Source: a virus
Length of the DNA: 64,000 nucleotides
Virus record (IMG/VR): IMGVR_UViG_3300021399_000006
Span: 78,128 to 142,127 of that record
Direction: 5' to 3' (one strand)
The position numbers and the translations under genes were made by a program. Of this stretch, positions 20,900-31,268 are shown piece after piece. Each line of letters opens with the position of its first letter. Positions within the stretch are counted from its first letter, which is position 1. Below the pieces are notes generated by a model. That model was not told the DNA's origin. It worked only from the letters and a program-made list of their open reading frames with translations, and did no database searches.

Positions 20900-22912
20900 T
20901 CAATTAATCAAGTCAATAAGTTGCTTTTCTGTAATAATCGGGATGTTCAATTCTTTCGCCGTTTTATTTTTACTAGAAGTAGAATTAACATCGTTATTTA
21001 CGAGATAATTAGTTTTTTTAGATACCGATCCCGTAACTTTTCCGCCATTACTTTCGATAAAATCTTTTAATTCATTTCTATTTTTAAATTCAATAGTTTT
21101 ACCCGTAATTACAAAGATTTTATCTTTAAGTTTTTTATCTTCATCTTTATCTTCTTCTGGAACTGAAGATATGATTTCAATTATATGGTTATCAAAAATA
21201 TTATCAGCTTCAGTATAGTCAAAAGTAGTAAGAGTCTTTATCATAACTTCACCGATACCTTTAATATTATAAAGTCTATCATCTTCATCTGGGAAATCAA
21301 CAGCATGTCTAAATCCATTATATGTATGATATACTTTAATTAAATCTTCTGAAGCTACTTTACCTATCTGTGGAATACCAATTGCCGCAATAAATTTAGA
21401 TGCTGTGCAATTTTTACCTTCTTCTATTGCTGATAATATTTTATCAACAGAAGCTATTCCAAAACCTTCTTTTTCAATCCATTCATTACGATGCTCTTGT
21501 AATTTAAAAATATCTTCTAAAGAATTAATCCATCCCCAATCAATAAGTTTTTCGAGAGTTTTTTTAGATAATCCTTTTATATCAAGTCCTTTTTTCCCAC
21601 AGAAATGGTCAAGGCGATTAATTAATTTACCACTGCAAAGAGGGTTTTCACAATACGCTCTTTCTACACCATTTTCTTCTTTAAAAGATATTTCTCCATG
21701 ACAAATAGGGCAAAACTCTGGAGAATCATTTGCTGAGACTCCTCCCTTAGAAATAACTTCTCCGTAATTGTATTTAGGCCCTGCGGAATAAATTTGAGGA
21801 ATTATCATATTGCTTTTAAATACTTCAAGAGGTTCACCTACATAGGCGCAATCCCCCAAAGTTTCTCGCATAACACTAACATTATGTAGAGAAGCACGGG
21901 AGACCTCTGCACCATCTATTTCAATGGGGTCAAATACTGCTACTGGAGTTAAAACTCCTGTTCTACCCATTGTCCAATCAATATGGCGAAGGCGGGTTGA
22001 ATATGTTTCATCGTAAAATTTATAAGCGATGCCGCCTTTGAAGTGATGGTCTGTTCTACCTGCCGCTTCATATTCTATAATATTATCATACTTAAAAACA
22101 ATTCCATCAATAGGATATGAATAAAGACTTACTGCACCTTTTAAAAAATCAATAGCATATTCAATGGAATATTTTTTTGTATAATAAGGAACAGTTATAA
22201 AGCCTTGTTCTTTTAATAAATCAAGTTTTTGTGATAATTTTTTAATAGTATAACCATCAGATATATTATATTTAGTATTATTAAAAAAACAATCCCAAGC
22301 TACAAAAGTAAGATGTCTATTTTTACATTCTTTAGAATCAAGAAGTCTTATACTCCCGCTTGCAAAATTACGAGGATTTTTAAAGAACTTTTGAAAAGGT
22401 TCAAAATCTTTTTTTGTGCAAATGATTTCTCCATCAACAATAAGTTCTTCTCCATCATTTTCACAATGAATATGTTTAGGAATAGAAGGAATTACCATAG
22501 CGTTATGAGTAATATCTTCTCCAATCACACCATTTCCTCTTGTTTCTGCGGAAACTAATTCTCCATTAACATATCGTAAAGAACAAGTAAGACCGTCCAT
22601 TTTAGCCATAGCAATCCATTCTTTATCATCAAGAAATGTTTTAATTTCTTCTTTATCTTTTGTTTTTTGAAGAGAAAGCATAGGATGATTATGAGTAACT
22701 TTTTTTAATTTATTAACTACATTATAATGAATTGTTTGAGTAGGAGAATCGGGGTAAATAAGACCAGTTTCTTTTTCAAGACCTTCTAATCTATAATACA
22801 TTATATCCCATTCCATATCAGTAAGATATGGCTTTCCTTTGTCATAGGCTTCTGTTGCTTGATTTAATTTATTTATAAAAGTTCTTATATCTTTTGAATT
22901 ATTTATCATCAT
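20900..22912 (-). CDS. ligA: NAD-dependent DNA ligase LigA
   Basis: Adenylation motif AKMDGLTCSLRY (KxDG), Zn finger CPICHG...C, C-terminal BRCT-like domain. Confidence 0.8.
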   Translation of the reverse strand: MMINNSKDIRTFINKLNQATEAYDKGKPYLTDMEWDIMYYRLEGLEKETGLIYPDSPTQTIHYNVVNKLKKVTHNHPMLSLQKTKDKEEIKTFLDDKEWIAMAKMDGLTCSLRYVNGELVSAETRGNGVIGEDITHNAMVIPSIPKHIHCENDGEELIVDGEIICTKKDFEPFQKFFKNPRNFASGSIRLLDSKECKNRHLTFVAWDCFFNNTKYNISDGYTIKKLSQKLDLLKEQGFITVPYYTKKYSIEYAIDFLKGAVSLYSYPIDGIVFKYDNIIEYEAAGRTDHHFKGGIAYKFYDETYSTRLRHIDWTMGRTGVLTPVAVFDPIEIDGAEVSRASLHNVSVMRETLGDCAYVGEPLEVFKSNMIIPQIYSAGPKYNYGEVISKGGVSANDSPEFCPICHGEISFKEENGVERAYCENPLCSGKLINRLDHFCGKKGLDIKGLSKKTLEKLIDWGWINSLEDIFKLQEHRNEWIEKEGFGIASVDKILSAIEEGKNCTASKFIAAIGIPQIGKVASEDLIKVYHTYNGFRHAVDFPDEDDRLYNIKGIGEVMIKTLTTFDYTEADNIFDNHIIEIISSVPEEDKDEDKKLKDKIFVITGKTIEFKNRNELKDFIESNGGKVTGSVSKKTNYLVNNDVNSTSSKNKTAKELNIPIITEKQLIDLIN

Positions 22913-23109
22913 GCTTCATAATCCTCATAATCTCTACTGACAGATTCTCCACAAAAAGGGCAAATAGTTGTAATATATGCTTCATTTCTCCAATTGTGGT
23001 ATGTATAAGAAGAATCATCTGCTTCAAAAATACAACCACATTTAGAGCAAATAAAACGTTTTGTTTTATTAAGTTTTTTTAAGCTACCATCTTTGATAAT
23101 TTTAATCAT
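22909..23109 (-). CDS. Small zinc-ribbon protein
   Basis: CSKCGC...CPFCG. Confidence 0.3.
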   Translation of the reverse strand: MIKIIKDGSLKKLNKTKRFICSKCGCIFEADDSSYTYHNWRNEAYITTICPFCGESVSRDYEDYEA

Positions 23110-25442
23110 AATACAATTACGGATTGAACCGTACTCCTTTCTATAATTTTTGTACCATAACCAAATTTAGTCTGTTCAGATAATTCTTGAACAGTAGTAC
23201 AAATAGAATTGGGTTTACCTACAACTAAAAGAGAATCTTCTTTAGTTAAAGGAACAATAGAAGTAACATAATCTTTTTCTTCTAAAGGAATAATATTATT
23301 TCCTCTACCATTACGTTTTTGAATAGTAAAATTATTTATATCCATTTTTTTACTATTTCCATTATGAGTAAAGATTCCAAGATATTTAATATCTTTAGAA
23401 ACATAGAAAGCGGAAACCACTTCATCGTTTTCTTTTAAAGCGATACCTTTTACTCCACAGGTTAACTTACCAATTGGATTAATATCATCCGATGGAACTT
23501 TTATTACATTACCAAATTTAGTTCCAATGATAATATCTTCCCTATTCATAAAAGTAACGGATAATAATTCATCATCCTCTTTAATTTTAATAGCTTGAAT
23601 ACCAGTTTTCTTTTTTGCTTTAGTATATTCTTCTATTTCAGTCTTTTTAATTAAACCATTTTTAGTAAAGAAAACTACATAATCCGCAGTTTTATCACCA
23701 GAAATAGCCGTAGCTGTTTGGAATATTTCATTATCAGCAAAAGGAAGAAGTAAGTGTAAATTAGTTCCCCTTGAAGCATTTGTTCCTTCAGGAATTTTAT
23801 CTACTGCTAATTTATACATTTTACCTTTTGATGTAAATATCATTAAATCATCAAGAGTATTAGTAGATATAGTTGTTTTGATTGCGGCATCCGCAGTTTT
23901 TACACCTTTACCGTTTCTTTTTTGTATTCTAAAACTCTTTTTAGGAATACGTTTAATATCTCCAGTGTGGGTAATAATAACTACGACATCTTCAGGAGTT
24001 ATATCAATCTTTTCTTTTTCTTCTTTTACATCGTCAATTTGAGTTAATTCTGTACGACGTTTGTCTCCATATTTTTTAACCAAGTCCGCCAAACGAACTT
24101 TTAACAAATCTATTTGTTCTTCTTTACTATTGATAAGGTTTTCCCATTTTTGAATATTATGAACTAACTCATCTTGTTCTTTTTCTAACTCTACCCCTTC
24201 TAACTTAGCTAAACTTGAAAGTCGCATAGCAAGAATGGCTTTTGCTTGATTCTCGGTAAAGCCCCATTTTTCAATAAGTGAGATTTTTGCTGTTGCTCCA
24301 GATTCACTTTGTTTGATAAGAGTAATGATTTCGTCAATATGAACAATGGCTCTAAGTAAACCATCAACAATCTCCTTTCTTAATTTAGCTTTTTCTAAGT
24401 CAAATTGAGTTTCTTTAACGATACATTCGAGATTATGGTCTACATAGATTTTTATAGCATCCCGCAAGTTTAATTCAGTAGGGGTTTTATCCACTAAAGC
24501 TACTTGATTATAACTAAATGAAGTCTGAAAATTAGTTTTTGCATAAATCTGTTTTGCAATTGCGTCAGGTGAAAATCCTTTTTGACACGTTACAACAATT
24601 CTAATTTCTTTAGAACTTTCATCATGTATATCATGGATACCTTTTATTTCTTCTTTGTCACAAATTTCACCAAGTTCTGTAATTAATCCTTCTATTGTAG
24701 TCCCATATGGAATTTCATAAAAGATAATTTTATTTTTATCTATTTTATAACGTGCTCTAATTTTTACTGAGCCACGTCCTGTTTCCATAATTTTAGGAAT
24801 ATCATTTTTATTAATGATTAATCCGCCTGTCGGAAAGTCAGGGCCAGGCAGATAAGGAAAGTCTCCATCCAAATAATTATAAATGGCTTGAGCAACATCA
24901 TACAAATTGTGCGGAGCCCAGTTACAGGCCATCGCAACGCCAATTCCAGTATTAGGATTACAAAGCAAATTAGGAAAGGTACAAGGGAGAGTAATAGGCT
25001 CTTCAAGAGTTTCATCATAATTTGGAATAAAGTCAACATTTTTCTTTTTGATTCCATTTAACATACCTTCTTCTGCAATTTTACTAAGGCGGGCTTCAGT
25101 ATAACGTGCGGCCGCAGGTCCATCCCCTGCAATATTACCATTATTACCATGCCAATCTATAAGAGGATAACGCATAACCCAAGGTTGAGATAATCTAACC
25201 ATTGCTCCGTAGATTGAACTATCTCCATGAGGGTGATATTTACCCATAACGTCACCGACAATTCTTGCCGCCTTAACGTGAGGTTTAGATGAAGTCCGCC
25301 CTTCCTCAAATGCTGACCAGAGAATACGTTTAGCAACCGGTTTAAGACCAGATTTAGCATCAGGAATTGCTCTGTCGGTATTAACGGCTACCGCATATTC
25401 TATAAAGTTTGTACTTAATTCTTTTGTTAAATCATTTTGCAT
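23106..25442 (-). CDS. Type II topoisomerase, GyrA/ParC-like subunit (T4 gp52-like)
   Basis: AAMRYTEARL active-site region. Confidence 0.8.
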   Translation of the reverse strand: MQNDLTKELSTNFIEYAVAVNTDRAIPDAKSGLKPVAKRILWSAFEEGRTSSKPHVKAARIVGDVMGKYHPHGDSSIYGAMVRLSQPWVMRYPLIDWHGNNGNIAGDGPAAARYTEARLSKIAEEGMLNGIKKKNVDFIPNYDETLEEPITLPCTFPNLLCNPNTGIGVAMACNWAPHNLYDVAQAIYNYLDGDFPYLPGPDFPTGGLIINKNDIPKIMETGRGSVKIRARYKIDKNKIIFYEIPYGTTIEGLITELGEICDKEEIKGIHDIHDESSKEIRIVVTCQKGFSPDAIAKQIYAKTNFQTSFSYNQVALVDKTPTELNLRDAIKIYVDHNLECIVKETQFDLEKAKLRKEIVDGLLRAIVHIDEIITLIKQSESGATAKISLIEKWGFTENQAKAILAMRLSSLAKLEGVELEKEQDELVHNIQKWENLINSKEEQIDLLKVRLADLVKKYGDKRRTELTQIDDVKEEKEKIDITPEDVVVIITHTGDIKRIPKKSFRIQKRNGKGVKTADAAIKTTISTNTLDDLMIFTSKGKMYKLAVDKIPEGTNASRGTNLHLLLPFADNEIFQTATAISGDKTADYVVFFTKNGLIKKTEIEEYTKAKKKTGIQAIKIKEDDELLSVTFMNREDIIIGTKFGNVIKVPSDDINPIGKLTCGVKGIALKENDEVVSAFYVSKDIKYLGIFTHNGNSKKMDINNFTIQKRNGRGNNIIPLEEKDYVTSIVPLTKEDSLLVVGKPNSICTTVQELSEQTKFGYGTKIIERSTVQSVIVL

Positions 25443-25445
25443 AGT

Positions 25446-25781
25446 TTATTTATTTTCCTTAATTTTTTTAAATGCATATTCCAATTCCTCTTTTGTTGAA
25501 GGATTTATATCTGGAACTTTAGCAAGCATATCTACGATTCTTTCAATTTCTTTTTTATTTGGCTTAAAATCAGGGCATGTTCTATCTTTAAGAGTTTTAA
25601 TATAACTATCAGGATTACAATCTATTAATCCATGAATATGACAATTTTGGGAACGATAAGCACAAAACCATTCATAGTAAACATGCTCACATTTTTTACA
25701 ATAATCATTAAAAAATCTTTCACTCAACATTATAAGTGGCCTCCTTACTGTGCTCTTTAATAAAATTCTTTCTCGGAACAA
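25446..25781 (-). CDS. Cys/His-rich hypothetical protein (111 aa)
   Basis: ORF track; start overlaps the end of the topoisomerase B-subunit gene. Confidence 0.25.
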   Translation of the reverse strand: MFRERILLKSTVRRPLIMLSERFFNDYCKKCEHVYYEWFCAYRSQNCHIHGLIDCNPDSYIKTLKDRTCPDFKPNKKEIERIVDMLAKVPDINPSTKEELEYAFKKIKENK

Positions 25782-27615
25782 TAGCCGTGCCCATCAAATC
25801 ATCAAATAATTTTTCCGTTTCTTCACTATCATCAATCGTAATTTGTTTAATAATTCTATTATTAGGATTCGTAAGAGTCTCTTCTATTTGTTCAACGTCC
25901 ATCTCTCCTAATCCTTTCATACGATTAACTTGATATTTTCCCGTATAGGTTTTTCTAAATGCTTCAAGGTCATCATCGTTCTTTAAATATTTATAACCTT
26001 TATTTCCACCCAGAGTAATCTTATAAAGAGGCGGGACTCCAGCGTAAATAATACCGTCATAAATCAATTGAGGACAAAAATTCCAGATAAAAGTATAAAA
26101 TAGGTTTTTAATATGAGCACCATCAACGTCAGCATCACTCATAATAATAATTTTACCATAGCGGAGTTCATCACGGTTATATGTAACCCGCATTGTTTTT
26201 GTATCAATCTTTAAACCAAACGCTTCAATCATGGTCATAATTTCAGCATTTTTTTGAATCTTATCTAAGGTAGCTTTTTGTGTGTTAAGGATTTTACCAC
26301 GGACGGGCATTACAGCTTGAAATTCATTATTACGTGCCGTTTTTAAACCACCTGCCGCACTATTTCCCTCAACAATATAAATTTCACATTTTTCTCTATC
26401 TTCGCTATAGCAATCCGCAAGTTTACTATCAAATTTTAAAGCCTTTTCTTTTTTCTTTCCTTGCTCTCTTGCTTTTTCTCTTGCCTTCTTAGCAGCTTCT
26501 CTTGCTTTTTTAGCATTAATAGCTTTTTCTGCAATAAGTTTAATTTCTTTTTCATTATTAGCTAACCAATATTGAAGATTTTCAGTTAAAGCTACATTAA
26601 AAGGCTTCATTTCAATTTTAGTAATACGAGTTTTAACTTGTGCATCATATGATATATTTGGAGCGGTAATATTAAAAACAATGTACATACCTTCCTGTAT
26701 ATCATCACCAGTTAAATTTTCATCTGTAGATTTAAGCCATTTCTTTTCTTTAAAGAATTTATTAAATTCACGAGTAATAATAGATTTTACCTGAGTGATA
26801 TGTTGTCCTGTCTCGGTTAAACCTGTATTGACATATGGAACAATAGTAGGAGAGTAATTAGATGTATAGGTAAGAACCATATCCATTTTATTCTTACCTT
26901 CTACAAAACTCATATCAAATCTATTGTTAATAAGTTCTTTATTGCCTACTGCGGCATCGACTAAATCATTTAAGCCTTTTTCGGATACATAATCATATAT
27001 CTTACCATTTTCATTTAAATGAAGTGTTAGTCCTGGACATAGACAAGAAATAGTTTTAAGTAATAAATGAACTCTATTACTTTCTACTTCCGTATGAGTA
27101 AAAAATTCTTCCGAAGGTTGCCATTCTACCAGTGTACCATGTACACCACCTGCTCCCGCAGTTCTATTTTGAAATACACCTTCTTCAAAATAGATTTCTT
27201 CCCATTCATTATCTCTCATAGTTTTGACTCTTAACCAATGACTTAGAAAGTTTGTGATTTTAGAGCCAATACCATATGAACCTAAACTTGTTCCTTCATA
27301 GGTTCCATCTTCCCTATATTTACCAGAAGTATTAAGAACATCAAAAGAAGCCTGAAGAATTGTCTCTCCATCTTCTCTAAAGCTGTTACAGATAAAACCT
27401 TGTCCATAATCTCGAACAGAAACTGTATCTCCGATTATTGTTATATCAATACGATTACCATTTCCAAGACGAAATTCATCGACTGCATTAGAAATAATTT
27501 CTACTAATAATTGCGTTGAATAAGTTGTATCTCCTGCATAAACTCCAGGGCGTAATCGTGTAAATTCTAATGGAGAAAGACTTTCAATACTATCTTCATT
27601 ATAAAGTTTTGCCAT
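25720..27615 (-). CDS. Type II topoisomerase, GyrB-like ATPase/TOPRIM subunit (T4 gp39-like)
   Basis: GHKL ATPase N-terminus; TOPRIM IVEGNSAAGG...IIMSDADVDGAHI. Confidence 0.8.
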   Translation of the reverse strand: MAKLYNEDSIESLSPLEFTRLRPGVYAGDTTYSTQLLVEIISNAVDEFRLGNGNRIDITIIGDTVSVRDYGQGFICNSFREDGETILQASFDVLNTSGKYREDGTYEGTSLGSYGIGSKITNFLSHWLRVKTMRDNEWEEIYFEEGVFQNRTAGAGGVHGTLVEWQPSEEFFTHTEVESNRVHLLLKTISCLCPGLTLHLNENGKIYDYVSEKGLNDLVDAAVGNKELINNRFDMSFVEGKNKMDMVLTYTSNYSPTIVPYVNTGLTETGQHITQVKSIITREFNKFFKEKKWLKSTDENLTGDDIQEGMYIVFNITAPNISYDAQVKTRITKIEMKPFNVALTENLQYWLANNEKEIKLIAEKAINAKKAREAAKKAREKAREQGKKKEKALKFDSKLADCYSEDREKCEIYIVEGNSAAGGLKTARNNEFQAVMPVRGKILNTQKATLDKIQKNAEIMTMIEAFGLKIDTKTMRVTYNRDELRYGKIIIMSDADVDGAHIKNLFYTFIWNFCPQLIYDGIIYAGVPPLYKITLGGNKGYKYLKNDDDLEAFRKTYTGKYQVNRMKGLGEMDVEQIEETLTNPNNRIIKQITIDDSEETEKLFDDLMGTAIVPRKNFIKEHSKEATYNVE

Positions 27616-27649
27616 AAATTATTTCTCCTTTTATATTTTTTCTATAAAT

Positions 27650-27678
27650 ATTATAGCAAAATTTTTGTAAAATTGCAA
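27650..27678 (-). promoter_or_regulatory. Consensus sigma70-type promoter for the topoisomerase operon
   Basis: On the minus strand: TTGCAA, 17 nt, TATAAT, then an AAGGAG RBS and the ATG at 27615. Confidence 0.5.
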
Positions 27679-27715
27679 TTCATATCAAGTCTTTACCTTT
27701 AATGATACATTGTAC

Positions 27716-27744
27716 TTGACTTTTCAAAAATTTTTCGCTATAAT
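27716..27744 (+). promoter_or_regulatory. Perfect consensus promoter (TTGACT, 17 nt, TATAAT) on the plus strand, divergent from the topoisomerase promoter
   Basis: ttgact tttcaaaaatttttcgc tataat. Confidence 0.5.
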
Positions 27745-27750
27745 ATAAAA

Positions 27751-27848
27751 AAGAAAAATAAATGACAAAAGTGGGTAGAAACGTAATATATATATCTATA
27801 GACAAAAATAACGGTGTGTAGTATTAAATACTACACACCTTTTTTATT
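27751..27848 (+). ncRNA. Candidate small RNA of about 95 nt, running from the predicted TSS to an intrinsic terminator
   Basis: A consensus promoter lies immediately upstream and there is no SD. The only ORF is about 20 codons. It ends in the hairpin GGTGTGTAGTA-ttaaa-TACTACACACC followed by T6. Confidence 0.35.
27813..27846. terminator. Bidirectional intrinsic terminator
   Basis: 11-bp perfect stem plus T6. It terminates the plus-strand sRNA and lies just past the endolysin stop on the minus strand. Confidence 0.55.
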
Positions 27849-29319
27849 ATATTGCTTGGACATATCTGTAATTAATAAAACCATAAATTTTATTATCTAT
27901 ACGAATATAATACCATGTTGTGCCATTGCTAGCTTGTATACTATCACAGACCTATACTATTTTATTCTTATAAATAATTGGAATACTCTTTAAAGTTTTA
28001 TATTCAACACCTGCCCAACTTCTTACGTATAAAGCATTTGCAGTAACTTTAGCTTTAAAATAATTATCACGGGCGGGAGATGCTTTACCTGTTCTAGTAA
28101 ATGTAGTTTTAGATGTTGCTAATAAAATTTTATCATTATTAGTGTTTTTTGCTGGAGTTACCTTCTATTCTGTTTTAGGTGTAGTTTCCGCCTTCGCATA
28201 TTTAGGAATAGCATAACCGCGAATGTTACCATTAGCTACTTTTAAAGAGCGACGCGCAACTACTCCGCTATTTCCTGTATTTCCTTCTATTGTAGTAATA
28301 GTATTGCCCGAAACTTTTTCAACAATACCAATATGATCTGCAAAACCATCATTTGGTTGAGTACCATCATCCCAGTTATATGTTATAATCCATCCTGGCT
28401 GAGGAGTAACTGAACCATTTTCCTACCATATACCCGCTTTCTTAAATAATTGAATATGTCTTTCAACGCCACATTCTGTTCCACCAATTAAATCGACAGC
28501 GTTATTTTTAATAAATGCCGCAGATAATGTTGTATCACAATAGTCATCAGTATATTTAACTTTATAGCCAACCGCCAAAGGGGTATGACTATTATATAAA
28601 TCAATTATATCTCTATGAGTTTGTTTAGCTTTACTCTTGCCAATCCAACCCTACATAGTTTTTATAATATCTTTTGCGGTAGTTCCTTTAGTTGGAATAG
28701 GAGTTGTAATAGGTCGTTCCTATACTTCTGCTCCATAAAAATAATTCATATCAACATTTCCAGAAATGCCGTTTACTTTTCCTTTGCTTGTATATTGTTG
28801 ATAAGTACAAGGAAAATGAGGTTCAGGGTTATAATCTGCTAACCATACAATATATTTTTTAATAGTTGCCGCATCGTACCAATTTTTATAATAATCTTGA
28901 TTTAAATAAAAACCAGCTTTGTAACCTTTACTTTTGACGTAATCGCAAAAGGCATTTGTAAATTCGATACAATTTGTTTTAGTTAAATAAACCTTTTTAT
29001 TTTTTGCGCTTTTTACGGTATCGTATTCAAAGTCATAAAATATAATAATATCTTTTCCTAGACCTGCGGCCTCCACATTTTTAATACAACTTTTTGCTTC
29101 TTCTACGGCATCGTTTTTATTTAAAGCATAAGCAAAATGATAAACTCCATGAATAGGGATTCCCGCCTATTTAAATTTTTTTACATTAGCGATAAAATAT
29201 TTATCAATTGTTTTTCTGTATCCCTATCTAATAATAACAAAATCAATTCCTGATGTTTTTACTTTCTTAGCGTCAATATTACCTTGCCACTAAGAAATAT
29301 CAATACCTTTTAATGCCAT
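27847..29319 (-). CDS. Multidomain endolysin: GH25 muramidase + CHAP/NlpC-P60-like + SH3b, about 490 codons with about 8 in-frame TAG
   Basis: N-terminus MALKGIDIS(Q)WQGNIDAKKVKTSGIDFVIIR(Q)GY is GH25-like (ORF-track 28720..29076 is in frame). The middle carries ...DHIGIVEKVSGNTITTIEGNT (CHAP/NlpC-like). The C-terminus WAGVEYKT...WYYIRIDNKIYGFINYRYV is SH3b-like. All pieces are joined only through TAG. Confidence 0.65.
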
Positions 29320-29351
29320 ATTATCTCCTTTCAAAAAAAGAAGCGGTAGGA

Positions 29352-29570
29352 TTAACCTACCGCTTCTTCAGAATCTTTAACTTCTGGAAGTCCAGCTAAA
29401 CTAGTCATAATAGAAAGGAATCCTGCTACGCAAGCAACTGAACCAACATATGTCCAGTTAACTTCATTAATTGCGGCACCTACAGTTATCATAGAAACAA
29501 AAGACTGTGCGAAAGTCTTAATGGCTCTAATACCTGCCGCCTTAATCCATTTCTTTTGTTTTTCACTCAT
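29352..29570 (-). CDS. Holin (phi LC3-type, 2 TM)
   Basis: 72 aa, two hydrophobic segments and a charged C-terminus, immediately upstream of the endolysin. Confidence 0.5.
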   Translation of the reverse strand: MSEKQKKWIKAAGIRAIKTFAQSFVSMITVGAAINEVNWTYVGSVACVAGFLSIMTSLAGLPEVKDSEEAVG

Positions 29571-29625
29571 AATAAAAATACCTCCTTATTATATATAAAT
29601 ATATAAAAAAGAGGTATTTAACTTT

Positions 29626-30075
29626 TTACTTTTTTGACCTTTTTTCTTTTATTTGTTGCAAATGTTTTTTATTATCTTCAAGAGCACGATTAATTGATTC
29701 AATCCACCCTTCTAGATAATTAATTCTTTTTTTATGGTATTCAGTCATAAAATAAAATCTTCTTTCAATAAGAAGTTGTGCCCATGCAAAAGCCTGATAT
29801 GCAGAATATTTATCTAAAGTATGTATTAAATCTTTTTGAATACTTGGAAGAACATGAAGAATAATTCTCTCTCGTTTTAATTCATCTTTGTAGGCTTTTC
29901 GCACAGCTTTCATTTCAGCTATACGCAAACCGGTATATTTACTTTGAATTTCTTTATCATCATGATGAACTTTAGAAACTCCAGTATATGTTCCTCTTTT
30001 GGTTTTTACTGTAACAATAGATCTACCTGACACAGGGTCAAAAGCAGAATTAGAAAGTTTTACTCTTAGTTGCAT
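29626..30075 (-). CDS. Hypothetical protein (149 aa)
   Basis: ORF track. Confidence 0.3.
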   Translation of the reverse strand: MQLRVKLSNSAFDPVSGRSIVTVKTKRGTYTGVSKVHHDDKEIQSKYTGLRIAEMKAVRKAYKDELKRERIILHVLPSIQKDLIHTLDKYSAYQAFAWAQLLIERRFYFMTEYHKKRINYLEGWIESINRALEDNKKHLQQIKEKRSKK

Positions 30076-30174
30076 CTTTATTTCCTTTCTTTTTTATAAC
30101 GTAGTCTCTGATAATGACAATAGCCATTTCTACAAAAAGAGTTCCTACAATTCCTACAAGTACAGGATTTACAA

Positions 30175-30720
30175 TCATTCTTTCTTCTCCTTATATTTAT
30201 CAATATCTTTAATTATTTGCTCTATAGATACAGGATAACAATTATGAGCGTCCATTGCTACATTATAAATACTATATTGTCCAAACTCAAATTTATTAGA
30301 ACTATGAGTATGTCCAGATAAATTCCAGAAGAAACGCTCTTCCTCAAAATTACCTACAAGAGTAGGATAATGAGAAAGATAAAAAATTTTCTTTTTATTG
30401 TATTTATAAATTGAAGCAAAACCAAGATATGTCATACCGTATTCTGTTTGATATTTATTAAGTTTATTATTTGTATCATGGTTCCCCCAAATAATAAATT
30501 TTTCACCATTTAATACTTTATAAACACGATTCCATTCTTTTTCGTTTCCGCTCATACAAAGGTCACCAAGAATGTATACAGTATCTTCTGGAGTTACAAC
30601 ACTGTTCCATCTTTTTAAGATTTCTGTATCATGTTCTTCAATTGAAGAAAAACCGCGCGGACGCCAGATAAAATCCTTATCGTGTCCGATATGTGGGTCT
30701 GCGGTAAAATAAACAGCCAT
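30175..30720 (-). CDS. Calcineurin-like metallophosphoesterase (candidate 2',3'-cyclic/3'-phosphoesterase of an RNA-repair cassette)
   Basis: Motifs DPHIGHD, GDLCMSGNE, GNHD, GHTH. Confidence 0.65.
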   Translation of the reverse strand: MAVYFTADPHIGHDKDFIWRPRGFSSIEEHDTEILKRWNSVVTPEDTVYILGDLCMSGNEKEWNRVYKVLNGEKFIIWGNHDTNNKLNKYQTEYGMTYLGFASIYKYNKKKIFYLSHYPTLVGNFEEERFFWNLSGHTHSSNKFEFGQYSIYNVAMDAHNCYPVSIEQIIKDIDKYKEKKE

Positions 30721-30721
30721 A

Positions 30722-31222
30722 TTATCTCCTTTCTAAAAGATTTATTGTTTTTCCATCAAAAGTATATATATAATCAAAAGGTTCATTATAAGTTGGCGGT
30801 TCCATCCTAAGATACATATTATGTATTTCGTGCGGAGGCACAAAGGTGCGGCCGCCCTTTCTTGTTTCATTACGTTCAAGACACGTTTCCAAAGGAAGGT
30901 TCATATATACACCTATTACGGTTACTTTTGTTCTATCTATATGAAGATTATGAAAAAGAGCATTACGACTTTTTCTATTTAAATGTGTTGCATCTGCAAT
31001 AACATTATAACCTTCTTTTAAATTTTCATTAATTTGTTTAATAAATTCTTTATAAACTTGTTTTTCTTTTGCAAAATAATTATCTGTATCAGAAAGAAAG
31101 GCGAATCTTATCCCATCTCTTGAAATATGGATAGTATTATCATTCATAATAGCATATCTTGCATAAGTAGATTTTCCTGAACCAGGAATACCCATCATAA
31201 TATATAATTTATTTTTTTCCAT
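30722..31222 (-). CDS. P-loop polynucleotide 5'-kinase-like protein
   Basis: MMGIPGSGKSTYA Walker A. The size and position between the phosphoesterase and the RNA ligase suggest a Pnk kinase-domain analogue. Confidence 0.55.
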   Translation of the reverse strand: MEKNKLYIMMGIPGSGKSTYARYAIMNDNTIHISRDGIRFAFLSDTDNYFAKEKQVYKEFIKQINENLKEGYNVIADATHLNRKSRNALFHNLHIDRTKVTVIGVYMNLPLETCLERNETRKGGRTFVPPHEIHNMYLRMEPPTYNEPFDYIYTFDGKTINLLERR

Positions 31223-31268
31223 TTTTTCTCCAAAACGAGGGAGAGATAATCTCTCCCTCTATTATTTA

